A DNA stretch of 64,000 nt from Candidatus Cloacimonadales bacterium. Its GTDB lineage: Bacteria > Cloacimonadota > Cloacimonadia > Cloacimonadales > DAONDQ01. The stretch is taken from positions 2,944,001-3,008,000 of the forward strand of contig OY759316.1 of NCBI GenBank assembly GCA_963662275.1, given 5' to 3'. Of this stretch, positions 55,989-64,000 are shown piece after piece. Both the position numbers and the translations under genes were made by a program. Below the pieces are notes generated by a model that worked only from the letters and a program-made list of their open reading frames with translations, did no database searches and was not told the DNA's origin. How positions within the stretch are numbered: the first letter of the stretch is position 1; each line of letters begins with the position of its first letter.

Positions 55989-56972
55989 CTAGAACTTGCC
56001 ATACAACTTCGCCCCACATTTTCTGCATCTATCTCCATCCAATCCTTCATTCCTGGTTGCATACCCCATTCTTTCCAGCAAAAGAGCTTTGCAGTTAAAA
56101 CAACTGGTATTGAATGATTCATGTTGAGCTATATTACCAACATACACATAATGCAATTTCTTGATAGCTATCTTGTATGCTGTATTCAGTGTTTTTTCAG
56201 GTGTAGGTTGTTCCTTCATTTTGAATCGAGGAAAATATCTACTGAAATGCAAAGGAATATCAGGATTTAAAGCAGCTACCCAATCCACCAGACTCTCTAT
56301 TTGCTCCGTGCTATCATTCTTCCCAGGTATCAAGAGATTCGTAATTTCCAAGTGAGAGACACTTGCTACTGAAGATATCGTCTTCAACACCGGTGCAACA
56401 TGTGCACCGCATATCTTTTCATAAAATTCATCATCCATTGATTTCAAATCAATATTCCAGGCATCTACAATCGGCAACAGCTCCTGTAATGGCTCTGGAT
56501 TGATGAAGCCATTACTCACCATTACAATTCGAATCCCTGCTTCTTTGAACAAAGGAGCGCAGTCCATGATGTATTCGAACCACATCAAAGGCTCCGTGTA
56601 AGTGAAAGCAACCTGTCTGGCTTTTGTAGCTAGAACCTTTTCACATAATTGAACCGGACTGATATGCATTGTATTGACTTCAAACTGGCTAATCTCATAA
56701 TTCTGGCAGAAAGCACAGGAGAAATTGCATGAATTCGGACCAAGAGAGAGGATTTGTGAACCGGGATAATAGTGATATAGGGGCTTCTTCTCAATGGGAT
56801 CAATACTCAGGGAAATTGTATTCCCATAGTTTTCAGTATAAAGAATGCCTTTGTGATTGACACGGCTCCTGCATTTGCCTTGAGCACCTTCTTCTATCAT
56901 GCATATATGAGGACACAAAAGGCATTGCACTTTCTCATTAGTTTCTTTCCTGTAATAGCGTGCTTCTTTCAT
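55989..56972 (-). CDS. amrS: AmmeMemoRadiSam-type radical SAM enzyme
   Basis: C.LCPH.C.I, DPIEKKPLYH, CNFSCAFCQNYEISQ, TYTEP, PLHFSRYFP, YVYVGN. Confidence 0.9.
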   Translation of the reverse strand: MKEARYYRKETNEKVQCLLCPHICMIEEGAQGKCRSRVNHKGILYTENYGNTISLSIDPIEKKPLYHYYPGSQILSLGPNSCNFSCAFCQNYEISQFEVNTMHISPVQLCEKVLATKARQVAFTYTEPLMWFEYIMDCAPLFKEAGIRIVMVSNGFINPEPLQELLPIVDAWNIDLKSMDDEFYEKICGAHVAPVLKTISSVASVSHLEITNLLIPGKNDSTEQIESLVDWVAALNPDIPLHFSRYFPRFKMKEQPTPEKTLNTAYKIAIKKLHYVYVGNIAQHESFNTSCFNCKALLLERMGYATRNEGLDGDRCRKCGAKLYGKF

Positions 56973-56981
56973 ATATTAACT

Positions 56982-58250
56982 CTATATCCACTTTTCTATC
57001 GTCTTTAAATTGATTTCGAGACTGTGGGAATACATATCGATGACAGATTTACCCGCATTCCCCATACTTATACGTAACTCTTCATTTTGAGCGATGTCAA
57101 TGATATCTTCTGCAAATGAGTTTATACTGGATATCTTAATTGCCTTCTCTTCTTGAAGCTTTGCTACACTATCACGACAAGAAGAATAGTAGTTGCCCAT
57201 AATAATTGGAAGTCTATAAAATGCTGCTTCCAATGGATTATGCCCACCGAAGTCATAGAAACTACCACCAATAATAGCCAAGTCAGCCATTGCATAAGTT
57301 TCTACAAGCACACCCATCTGGTCAACGATACACATACGTACCTTAGACAGTGGCTCCGCATTTACGCTGTCTAGTAACACCGGCTTCAGGTGGTTTTGTT
57401 CTGAATATAACTCATACTCCACAGTTGAATAGATAGTCTTAATTTCTTCCATCCTATTCAAATGCCTGGGAACAAGAATTATGTATAGATTCGGAATCTT
57501 TTTTCTTAAAGCAGGTATTACATCTCTCAGCATTACTTCCTCACCTGGTCTGCTGGAACCGAACACAATTACAAAAGCATCCTCGGGTATATTCCAGGCA
57601 GAACGTAATTCATTACGTTTATAATCAGGCAGTTTCAATGCAAACTTCAAATTTCCAGCATTTTTCACATCTTTGAACCCGAGAAACCGAAAACGATCTG
57701 CATCCAACTCTGATTGGGCATTGATTTGAGTAATAAAGGGCTGGATGACTTTCCACAATAGGTTCATCCTTTTATACTTAGGATATGATTTATCTGATAT
57801 ACGTGCATTCACAAGGATCACAGGAATCTTGTGTCTTTGCAGTTGATCAAGCATTACAGGCCATATCTCAGTTTCAATCAGGACAACGATACAGGGATTC
57901 AACGTTTTGATGAACTTCGTCATAATTCGAGGAATATCTAAGGGAAGCAGGTGCGTATAAAGATGTTTATCAATCTGCTGGGCAGTTTTCATGCCTGTAG
58001 TAGAAGTGGTTGTAAGTAGAATATCACGATCCGGATGACGTTCTAATAGTTCTTTTACAAGTTCCTTACAAGCATTGACTTCCCCGACTGATGCAGCGTG
58101 TATCCAAATAATATTCTTCAATTCGGGAGTAAGGAAGCCCAGTCGCTGTTTATTTTCAGATTTTGGTAAGATGAAATTGAGAAATGGCGAAATAACGATA
58201 TAGATAAAATCTAACAATAAGCGATAAAGAAAGAATAGAAACCGGGACAT
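56982..58250 (-). CDS. waaA: 3-deoxy-D-manno-octulosonic acid (Kdo) transferase
   Basis: IWIHAASVGE, ETEIWP, NARIS..S, GNLK, VPRH..R, GGS...GGHNPLE; start at ATG 58250 after GGAG. Confidence 0.94.
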   Translation of the reverse strand: MSRFLFFLYRLLLDFIYIVISPFLNFILPKSENKQRLGFLTPELKNIIWIHAASVGEVNACKELVKELLERHPDRDILLTTTSTTGMKTAQQIDKHLYTHLLPLDIPRIMTKFIKTLNPCIVVLIETEIWPVMLDQLQRHKIPVILVNARISDKSYPKYKRMNLLWKVIQPFITQINAQSELDADRFRFLGFKDVKNAGNLKFALKLPDYKRNELRSAWNIPEDAFVIVFGSSRPGEEVMLRDVIPALRKKIPNLYIILVPRHLNRMEEIKTIYSTVEYELYSEQNHLKPVLLDSVNAEPLSKVRMCIVDQMGVLVETYAMADLAIIGGSFYDFGGHNPLEAAFYRLPIIMGNYYSSCRDSVAKLQEEKAIKISSINSFAEDIIDIAQNEELRISMGNAGKSVIDMYSHSLEINLKTIEKWI

Positions 58251-58280
58251 ATATTCTCCGCTGGTTTTCTTTTTCAATAA

Positions 58281-58311
58281 AAATGGGTGTTGCCTGATGA
58301 CAACACCCGAA
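58281..58311 (-). terminator. Terminator-like hairpin after tRNA-Asp
   Basis: Minus strand GGGTGTTG-TCATCAGG-CAACACCC-ATTTTT. Confidence 0.7.
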
Positions 58312-58316
58312 ATTTA

Positions 58317-58393
58317 TGGCGGGAGAGACGAGACTCGAACTCGCGGCCTTCTGCGTGACAGGCAGACGTTCTAACCAACTGAACTACTCCCCC
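58317..58393 (-). tRNA. tRNA-Asp(GTC)
   Basis: GGGGGAGTAGTTCAG...CTGTCAC...TTCGAGT...CTCCCGCCA. Confidence 0.97.
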
Positions 58394-58658
58394 GTTTCAT
58401 ATTGAAGATAATGCCATAAGCAAAAGGAAGGTTTAGCTGTCAAGAAAAAGATGGATTTTTGCAGAAGCTTGTAGTGATAGCTTGTAGATTGCAGGAGAAA
58501 CACAGTAACTAATAACTGATAGAAGAGGAGCAGAACACTATCGAAATGTAGAGTTTGGTTCTCTGCATTCATGGTTTGTTGAAAACCGGAGTGCTATTTT
58601 CAATTACATTGACATTTTATACCGCTCTAGAGATTCAATTACCTTGAGGTTTGAACAT

Positions 58659-61133
58659 ATGAAATACTTGAAAATTGTATGGTTAGTGGGGCTTTTAGCC
58701 TTTGTGCCATTGTTTATCAATGCCTCTGAGAATACGATGATGCAAGCTCTGGCTGATAGTATCAAGGTAGTAGATGATACCCGTATTTTTCCGATGGCAG
58801 TCAGATATCAAAGTCTCTATTTTTCTCAAGACCCAAAATCTACATTAACAATTCATCAAAAGGCATTAAAAATTGCCATCCAAACTGGAGATGAACAGCA
58901 GCAGGCAGCCTTTCAGCACAGAATTGCTCTTTGTCTATACAGTCTCCATCGAATGGAGGACGCCTTACGTTACGATCAACAGAGTTTGCAGTTAAGTAGA
59001 AAACTGAACCTTACTCAAGGAACCGCTAAAGCACTCACATCCATTGGTAAGCATTATTTGAAGCAAAAAAACTTGACTCTGGCTTCTACATATCTCTCAG
59101 AAGCATACCAGGCAGCAAACTTGAATAAAGAAGCTGTATATATAAACAATGTCCTGGAGTTATTAGCTGACTTGGCACATGAGCAAGGAGATAAATTAGG
59201 AGAGATCAAGTATAACAAAGAGGCATATCTGTTGAGTGTGCAGCAAAAAGATAAGGAAGATATCATCTATTTTGGTATCAACTTGGGTATTTCCTATAAT
59301 AATAACGCTCAATATGACAAAGCACTTGAATATTGGGATGCAATGCGCGTGATTCTGGAAAAAGGAAACAACAAATCATCCTTATCCAAAGTGTATAACA
59401 ATATGGGAAACGCCTATGTAAAACTTGGAAACTACGAAAAAAGCCTGAGTTGTTACCTGAAATCCCTGGAGCTAAAAGAATCGATCAGCTCTCCACAGGA
59501 TATTTCACTCTTGCTAGTTAATCTAGGCTCATTATATCTAACCTTGGAGCAGTACCCTAAAGCCCTAGAGCATTATAAAAACGCTCTTCAAATTAAACAA
59601 AAGCTCCATGACGAAGTTGGCATGGCTTCGACCTATAGCAGTATGGGTGTGGCATACCGGAATATGGGACAAAGCGATAAAGCTTTACAAAGCTACCAGA
59701 TGGCAGTGGATATCTTCCGTAAAAAAGCTGACAATATGCATCTAGCTCAAACTTTGAATAATATGGGAGTTTTGTATTCCGAACGAGGAGATACTGCCAA
59801 AGCAATGAGCTTGTTTAATCAGTCGCTGAAGCTTAAAGGAACCAAAACAGATGAAATAGAACAATTGAACTCATATCTGAATATCATTGACCTATCTTTG
59901 AATAAGCAAGTGAATCTACTCAGAGCTGACATGTATCTGACTAGAATACAAAATATGCCTTCTCTCAATCAATTGCCTGACATGCGAGTCAAATTCCTCT
60001 CGCTCCAGTCACGGTACTTTGAACAGAAAAAAGATTTTGCTGCAGCTTTACGTTTTTATAAAGCTTATTCGAATCTGCAGGACAGTATATATTCCAACCG
60101 CAACAGTCTTCAACTGGCTGAATTGGATACACAGTACGGTCTTAGCAGTAAAGAAAAACAAATCACTTTACTGAAGGAAAATGCTGATTTGAATATTCAG
60201 AACATGGCTAAATCACGTATGCTGCGCAATTATCTCATTGTTATTATTATGCTGGCTGTTGGGCTTGCACTCATCCTGTTAAACAGGTATCGTACTCTGA
60301 AACGTTATAACCGATTAATCATTGAAAATGATGCAGAACTGCTAAAACTTAATCTATCCTTGGAGCAGAGAGTGGAAACAGAAATCAACATTCGTCGTCA
60401 CCATGAGCAAAAAGCCTTTCAGCAAGCTCGATTGGCAGCCTTAGGAGAAATGGCAGCTGGTATTGCACACGAACTCAATCAACCTTTACATAGCCTCGCA
60501 TTTACTCTCGATAACATCCTACTCTACCTTAAGGAAGAAAAATCAGAACCGGAATATTTAAATCAAAAAATGGATTATCTCTTTGAGGATATCTCCCGTA
60601 TGCGCAAAGCAATCGATCATATCAGACATTTTGCAAAGGTAAAGACTGACATTGAGGATGAAGTGTTTTTTGTGAACGAATCTATCCTTCAAACAGTTAA
60701 CCTGGTACAAAACCAATATCGCAAGCTTGGTATCACTATTTTAACTGACCTGCAAATTGATTTACCAAGGGTAAAAGGAAATCCTTACAAATTGGAACAG
60801 GTAATGCTTAATTTGCTATCCAACAGCCGTGATGCCATAGGTGAAATGCCCTCGATTCCGAATGACTTGGAAGCTAAAACAATACGCATCACTTCCTCTC
60901 TGATAGACGATAAACTGGTAATCAAGTGTATTGATAGGGGAATTGGAATGCCGGATGAACTGCGAGAAAAGGCTTTTCAATCCTTTTATTCTACCAAAGA
61001 CCCTGAACATGGCACTGGACTAGGGCTTACCATCAGCAAAGGTATCATCCAAGATATGAGTGGAGAAATAACTCTGGAAAGCAAACAGAATGCAGGTACT
61101 ACAGTTTCAATAATACTGCCGGTGAGTGCATAA
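58659..61133 (+). CDS. Tetratricopeptide-repeat sensor histidine kinase (NtrB-like core)
   Basis: Signal peptide; TPRs (YNNMGNAY...Y.K.L); TM helix; LGEMAAGIAHELNQPL; NLLSNSRDA; GTGLGL. Confidence 0.93.
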   Translation: MKYLKIVWLVGLLAFVPLFINASENTMMQALADSIKVVDDTRIFPMAVRYQSLYFSQDPKSTLTIHQKALKIAIQTGDEQQQAAFQHRIALCLYSLHRMEDALRYDQQSLQLSRKLNLTQGTAKALTSIGKHYLKQKNLTLASTYLSEAYQAANLNKEAVYINNVLELLADLAHEQGDKLGEIKYNKEAYLLSVQQKDKEDIIYFGINLGISYNNNAQYDKALEYWDAMRVILEKGNNKSSLSKVYNNMGNAYVKLGNYEKSLSCYLKSLELKESISSPQDISLLLVNLGSLYLTLEQYPKALEHYKNALQIKQKLHDEVGMASTYSSMGVAYRNMGQSDKALQSYQMAVDIFRKKADNMHLAQTLNNMGVLYSERGDTAKAMSLFNQSLKLKGTKTDEIEQLNSYLNIIDLSLNKQVNLLRADMYLTRIQNMPSLNQLPDMRVKFLSLQSRYFEQKKDFAAALRFYKAYSNLQDSIYSNRNSLQLAELDTQYGLSSKEKQITLLKENADLNIQNMAKSRMLRNYLIVIIMLAVGLALILLNRYRTLKRYNRLIIENDAELLKLNLSLEQRVETEINIRRHHEQKAFQQARLAALGEMAAGIAHELNQPLHSLAFTLDNILLYLKEEKSEPEYLNQKMDYLFEDISRMRKAIDHIRHFAKVKTDIEDEVFFVNESILQTVNLVQNQYRKLGITILTDLQIDLPRVKGNPYKLEQVMLNLLSNSRDAIGEMPSIPNDLEAKTIRITSSLIDDKLVIKCIDRGIGMPDELREKAFQSFYSTKDPEHGTGLGLTISKGIIQDMSGEITLESKQNAGTTVSIILPVSA

Positions 61134-61166
61134 ATTGGCAGTTATGTTGAAAAAGGAGCTTAACCC

Positions 61167-62543
61167 ATGCAGATATTAGTAATCGATGATGAACAAAGAG
61201 TTATTGATGAAATTTGTGAATTTCTCAAACGTACCGGACACCAGGCTGTTGGTATCCTCAATCCTACAGATGGTTTAGCTCTTCTCAAGCAAGGATCTTT
61301 TGATATCCTTATCCTGGACGTTAAGATGCCGGAAATAAGTGGAATTGAGTTTTTGTCCCAAATCAAGCCTGAGTTTCCAGAGCTGGATGTCATTATCATC
61401 AGTGGACATGGGGATATGGAAACCGTGATAGACGCAATGCGTGCTGGTGCTGCTGATTATCTCAAAAAGCCCTTTCGTCACCAGGAACTGCGTTTGGCAA
61501 TGGAGCGCACGCAACAAATCCACCAATTGAAGTCTGAAATTAACCGTTTAACTGAACACAATACACTAATATCGCAGGAGTTATTTAAACGCATAGAGCA
61601 TCAAATGGTGGGAAATAGCCCCGAAATCAAACATGTCATCGATTTGGCTATGAAGGCTTCTGCATACAGCGATTTGCCTGTCCTGATTACTGGAGAAAGC
61701 GGTACTGGCAAAGAAATCATTGCCCGTTTGATTCATCATGCAAGTGAACGTAAAGCTCACAATTTCCTGGGAATTAACTGCTCTGCTATCCCTGAGAATA
61801 TGCTGGAAAGCGAATTCTTTGGTTATAAAAGAGGTGCTTTCACAGGTGCCTTGTCTGATCGGAAAGGATTCTTTGAATATTCTGACCAGGGTACATTGTT
61901 CTTGGATGAATTGGCAGATATGCCGATGATATTGCAATCTAAATTATTACGTGTCTTGGAAGATAAAGTCATCACTAAACTTGGACTGGACAGACCTATT
62001 CCTGTCAATGTACGTATCATTTCAGCCACAAATCACGATCTGACAAAGTATATCAGCGAAGGGCGTTTCCGACTGGATTTACTCCACCGTATCAATACAT
62101 TTCAAATCCATATTCCACCACTCAGGGAACGAAAGTCAGACATTCCGCTGATTGCACAACACTATATACAAAAACTCTGTATTCAATATGGAAAACCTCT
62201 CTGCACTTTACATTATGAAGCTCTCGCTAAGTTGCTGGAGTATAGCTTCCCAGGTAATGTGAGAGAGCTAAAAAACTTGATAGAAAGAGCTATCCTGATA
62301 GCAAACAGCAGTGTCTTATTGCCTGAGTATTTTCCTCTTGATGCAGAAACTCTCAACCATACAAATGAAGTCAGATCTACATTACCTGTTGCACAGACTA
62401 AAAATTACAATCTAGATAGCAATGAAACATATTTAGTCAATGAAGCAATGCAGGCAACTGACAATAATCAAACAAAAGCTGCTGAGTTATTAGGCATTTC
62501 TCGTCATGCTCTGATCCGCAAACTAAAACATATAAACAGCTAA
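61167..62543 (+). CDS. Sigma-54-dependent response regulator (NtrC/AtoC family)
   Basis: Receiver (IDDE, LDVKMP, KP); GESGTGKE; ESEFFG..RGAFTGA; FPGNVREL; Fis-type HTH. Confidence 0.96.
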   Translation: MQILVIDDEQRVIDEICEFLKRTGHQAVGILNPTDGLALLKQGSFDILILDVKMPEISGIEFLSQIKPEFPELDVIIISGHGDMETVIDAMRAGAADYLKKPFRHQELRLAMERTQQIHQLKSEINRLTEHNTLISQELFKRIEHQMVGNSPEIKHVIDLAMKASAYSDLPVLITGESGTGKEIIARLIHHASERKAHNFLGINCSAIPENMLESEFFGYKRGAFTGALSDRKGFFEYSDQGTLFLDELADMPMILQSKLLRVLEDKVITKLGLDRPIPVNVRIISATNHDLTKYISEGRFRLDLLHRINTFQIHIPPLRERKSDIPLIAQHYIQKLCIQYGKPLCTLHYEALAKLLEYSFPGNVRELKNLIERAILIANSSVLLPEYFPLDAETLNHTNEVRSTLPVAQTKNYNLDSNETYLVNEAMQATDNNQTKAAELLGISRHALIRKLKHINS

Positions 62544-62574
62544 GAAACAGCTCTCTTCAAACCCTGCTCTTGCC

Positions 62575-62624
62575 TGTATCGTTTCCGCACAGTTGTGCGC
62601 TTTGTGCTGTGCGAAAACAGAACA
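62575..62624. promoter_or_regulatory. Two putative enhancer (UAS) sites, TGT-N11-ACA
   Basis: TGTATCGTTTCCGCACA (62575-62591) and TGTGCGAAAACAGAACA (62608-62624), mutually inverted, 33 bp apart. Confidence 0.5.
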
Positions 62625-62753
62625 ACACTTTCCTCTATATCTCTCTGCAGCAGCATATCTGGTACTATCATTCTCCTGTTTCTCTTTTTTATATGCCTAA
62701 ATTTCAATAAGTTACTGCAAAGCGAATCCTCCTGCTCCAATATAACCATATTA

Positions 62754-62769
62754 TGGCACGCTACGTGAT
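62754..62769 (+). promoter_or_regulatory. Putative sigma-54 promoter (-24 perfect, -12 variant)
   Basis: TGGCACG-CTAC-GTGAT versus consensus TGGCACG-N4-TTGC. Confidence 0.55.
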
Positions 62770-62806
62770 ATATAGAGTTTTCATCGAATTCCATATGGAG
62801 GTTAAA

Positions 62807-64000
62807 ATGAAAAGTTCAGGATATTTCACAGCCATCAATATGAAGGTTACATTGATGTGTATCATATTGTGCATAGCACTTACATCATTAGCCGCACAAC
62901 AGGCTCCCAAAATGACCATATCTTATGCAGGTTTGGAAGCTTGGGACTTCACTCTCTGGTCTTACGATTTGGATGCTCCCGGTGATTGGAATACATCAGA
63001 CGGCAATCCTTTTACACGCAGTGGAAACAGTGAACCAGTCTATGCATACAATTATTTTTCTCCATTTGGTGCGCAGGGGCATGTTACTTGTTCAGCAGAA
63101 AATCTTGCTTTTGTTAACAACCCTAATGACATCTTAATTTGGGATTTGGATGCCTTCTGGCTGAAAGCATATCACAAGATGAATACTGTAGTACCGGGAG
63201 CAGCATGGAGCATTTTGGGACAGGCAGGCGATCAACGTACATATACAAGCGAATACCAATCTCTATATGCTTTCGCAAATGGTGCTTATCAGGCACTTGA
63301 ATTAAAGAACATCCAAATTGACCTCATTGTCCCCTGGCAAAACCAGGCACAAATGCGGGCAAATCTTGCTACAATTGGCTATGGTAATCCACAAAGCTGG
63401 AATGGAGATATTGGCTCAGGAGCTGCTATCATTGGTCACGGTTTTGCAGATATTGACCTGGTACGCACATCAGCTGCCTGGCTTGCAGAATTGGACAATG
63501 GTACCCACCAAGTAGAATTTACGCTCACCGTGACGGATTTCCAGATTCAAAGACCGGATGGTACTTTCGATATGACGATCGATGTTTACCAGGCAGAACA
63601 TGTCATCAATCATGCTAAGTGGCAAGTAAATACAACTGCTGCTTTTCCCCAACTCGTCTCGATACCGCAATGTGATATAGATTTCAACACGATATTAGCC
63701 AACGGTGTTTTCGGAGGCGACGGCATTAATAACGTCATCATCGTAAACGAGATTATGCAGTTACCTTCAGGAGTTCTTCCAAATGGCATCACCAGGGTAT
63801 GTAATCGTTCCTGGAAAATTGGTTCAACCTTGGGAAGCTTCAGAACTTATCTCACCTTTGATCTGTCTGATGCCGCTTTTGGTAATTCTGCAAACTGGCG
63901 TGTTCTTTACAAACCCGACCCTTTATCTCCCTGGGCACAATGGGGAAATAATACGATCATAGATGCAAATCACATCCGAGCCAATCTTGTCACACACTTC
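62807..64000 (+). CDS. Secreted protein of unknown function, 3'-partial (absent from the ORF track)
   Basis: RBS GGAGG; MKSSGYFTAINMKVTLMCIILCIALTSLAAQQAP signal peptide; frame is open for 398 codons to the window end by manual translation. Confidence 0.88.
   Translation, partial: MKSSGYFTAINMKVTLMCIILCIALTSLAAQQAPKMTISYAGLEAWDFTLWSYDLDAPGDWNTSDGNPFTRSGNSEPVYAYNYFSPFGAQGHVTCSAENLAFVNNPNDILIWDLDAFWLKAYHKMNTVVPGAAWSILGQAGDQRTYTSEYQSLYAFANGAYQALELKNIQIDLIVPWQNQAQMRANLATIGYGNPQSWNGDIGSGAAIIGHGFADIDLVRTSAAWLAELDNGTHQVEFTLTVTDFQIQRPDGTFDMTIDVYQAEHVINHAKWQVNTTAAFPQLVSIPQCDIDFNTILANGVFGGDGINNVIIVNEIMQLPSGVLPNGITRVCNRSWKIGSTLGSFRTYLTFDLSDAAFGNSANWRVLYKPDPLSPWAQWGNNTIIDANHIRANLVTHF

Noticed and set aside
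55607..56122. 171-aa minus-strand ORF
   Set aside because: Overlaps the radical SAM gene and reads through non-coding repeats; 'HETHEIHEK' is the translated 9-mer repeat.
62925..63792. Short ORFs at the right end of the window
   Set aside because: They are shadows of the long open frame that starts at 62807.

Overview
AT-rich bacterial chromosomal window. Gene content, the MurE-MurF fusion, the C-terminal 'FYRVxA' domains and the 16S sequence suggest Cloacimonadota (WWE1); this is inference, not a database result. In order: (1) two tandem paralogous giant secreted proteins (the first 5'-truncated) built from 103-aa FN3-like repeats and right-handed beta-helices; (2) a dcw cluster (mraZ-rsmH-ftsL-ftsI-murE/F fusion-mraY-murD-ftsW-murG-murC, gap, ftsQ-ftsA-ftsZ); (3) a minus-strand rRNA operon (16S-tRNA-Ile-tRNA-Ala-23S-5S) whose 23S carries a ~220-nt intervening sequence; (4) serS, tpiA, a DUF3795-like protein, a third secreted protein and a nitroreductase; (5) a complete IS with 11-bp inverted ends, a 7-bp target duplication and an out-of-frame start; (6) tRNA-Arg, a deacetylase and a hybrid kinase; (7) a minus-strand run tRNA-Asp-waaA-radical SAM-NusG-II-murJ-uvrC; (8) a TPR sensor kinase and sigma-54 activator followed by a secreted protein missing from the ORF track. 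The most notable signals are a module-shuffled intergenic repeat that also forms inverted arms around one gene, a non-canonical MraZ operator paired with an altered MraZ, a shared C-terminal candidate sorting domain, sigma-54 promoter architecture in front of surface proteins, and the 23S IVS.
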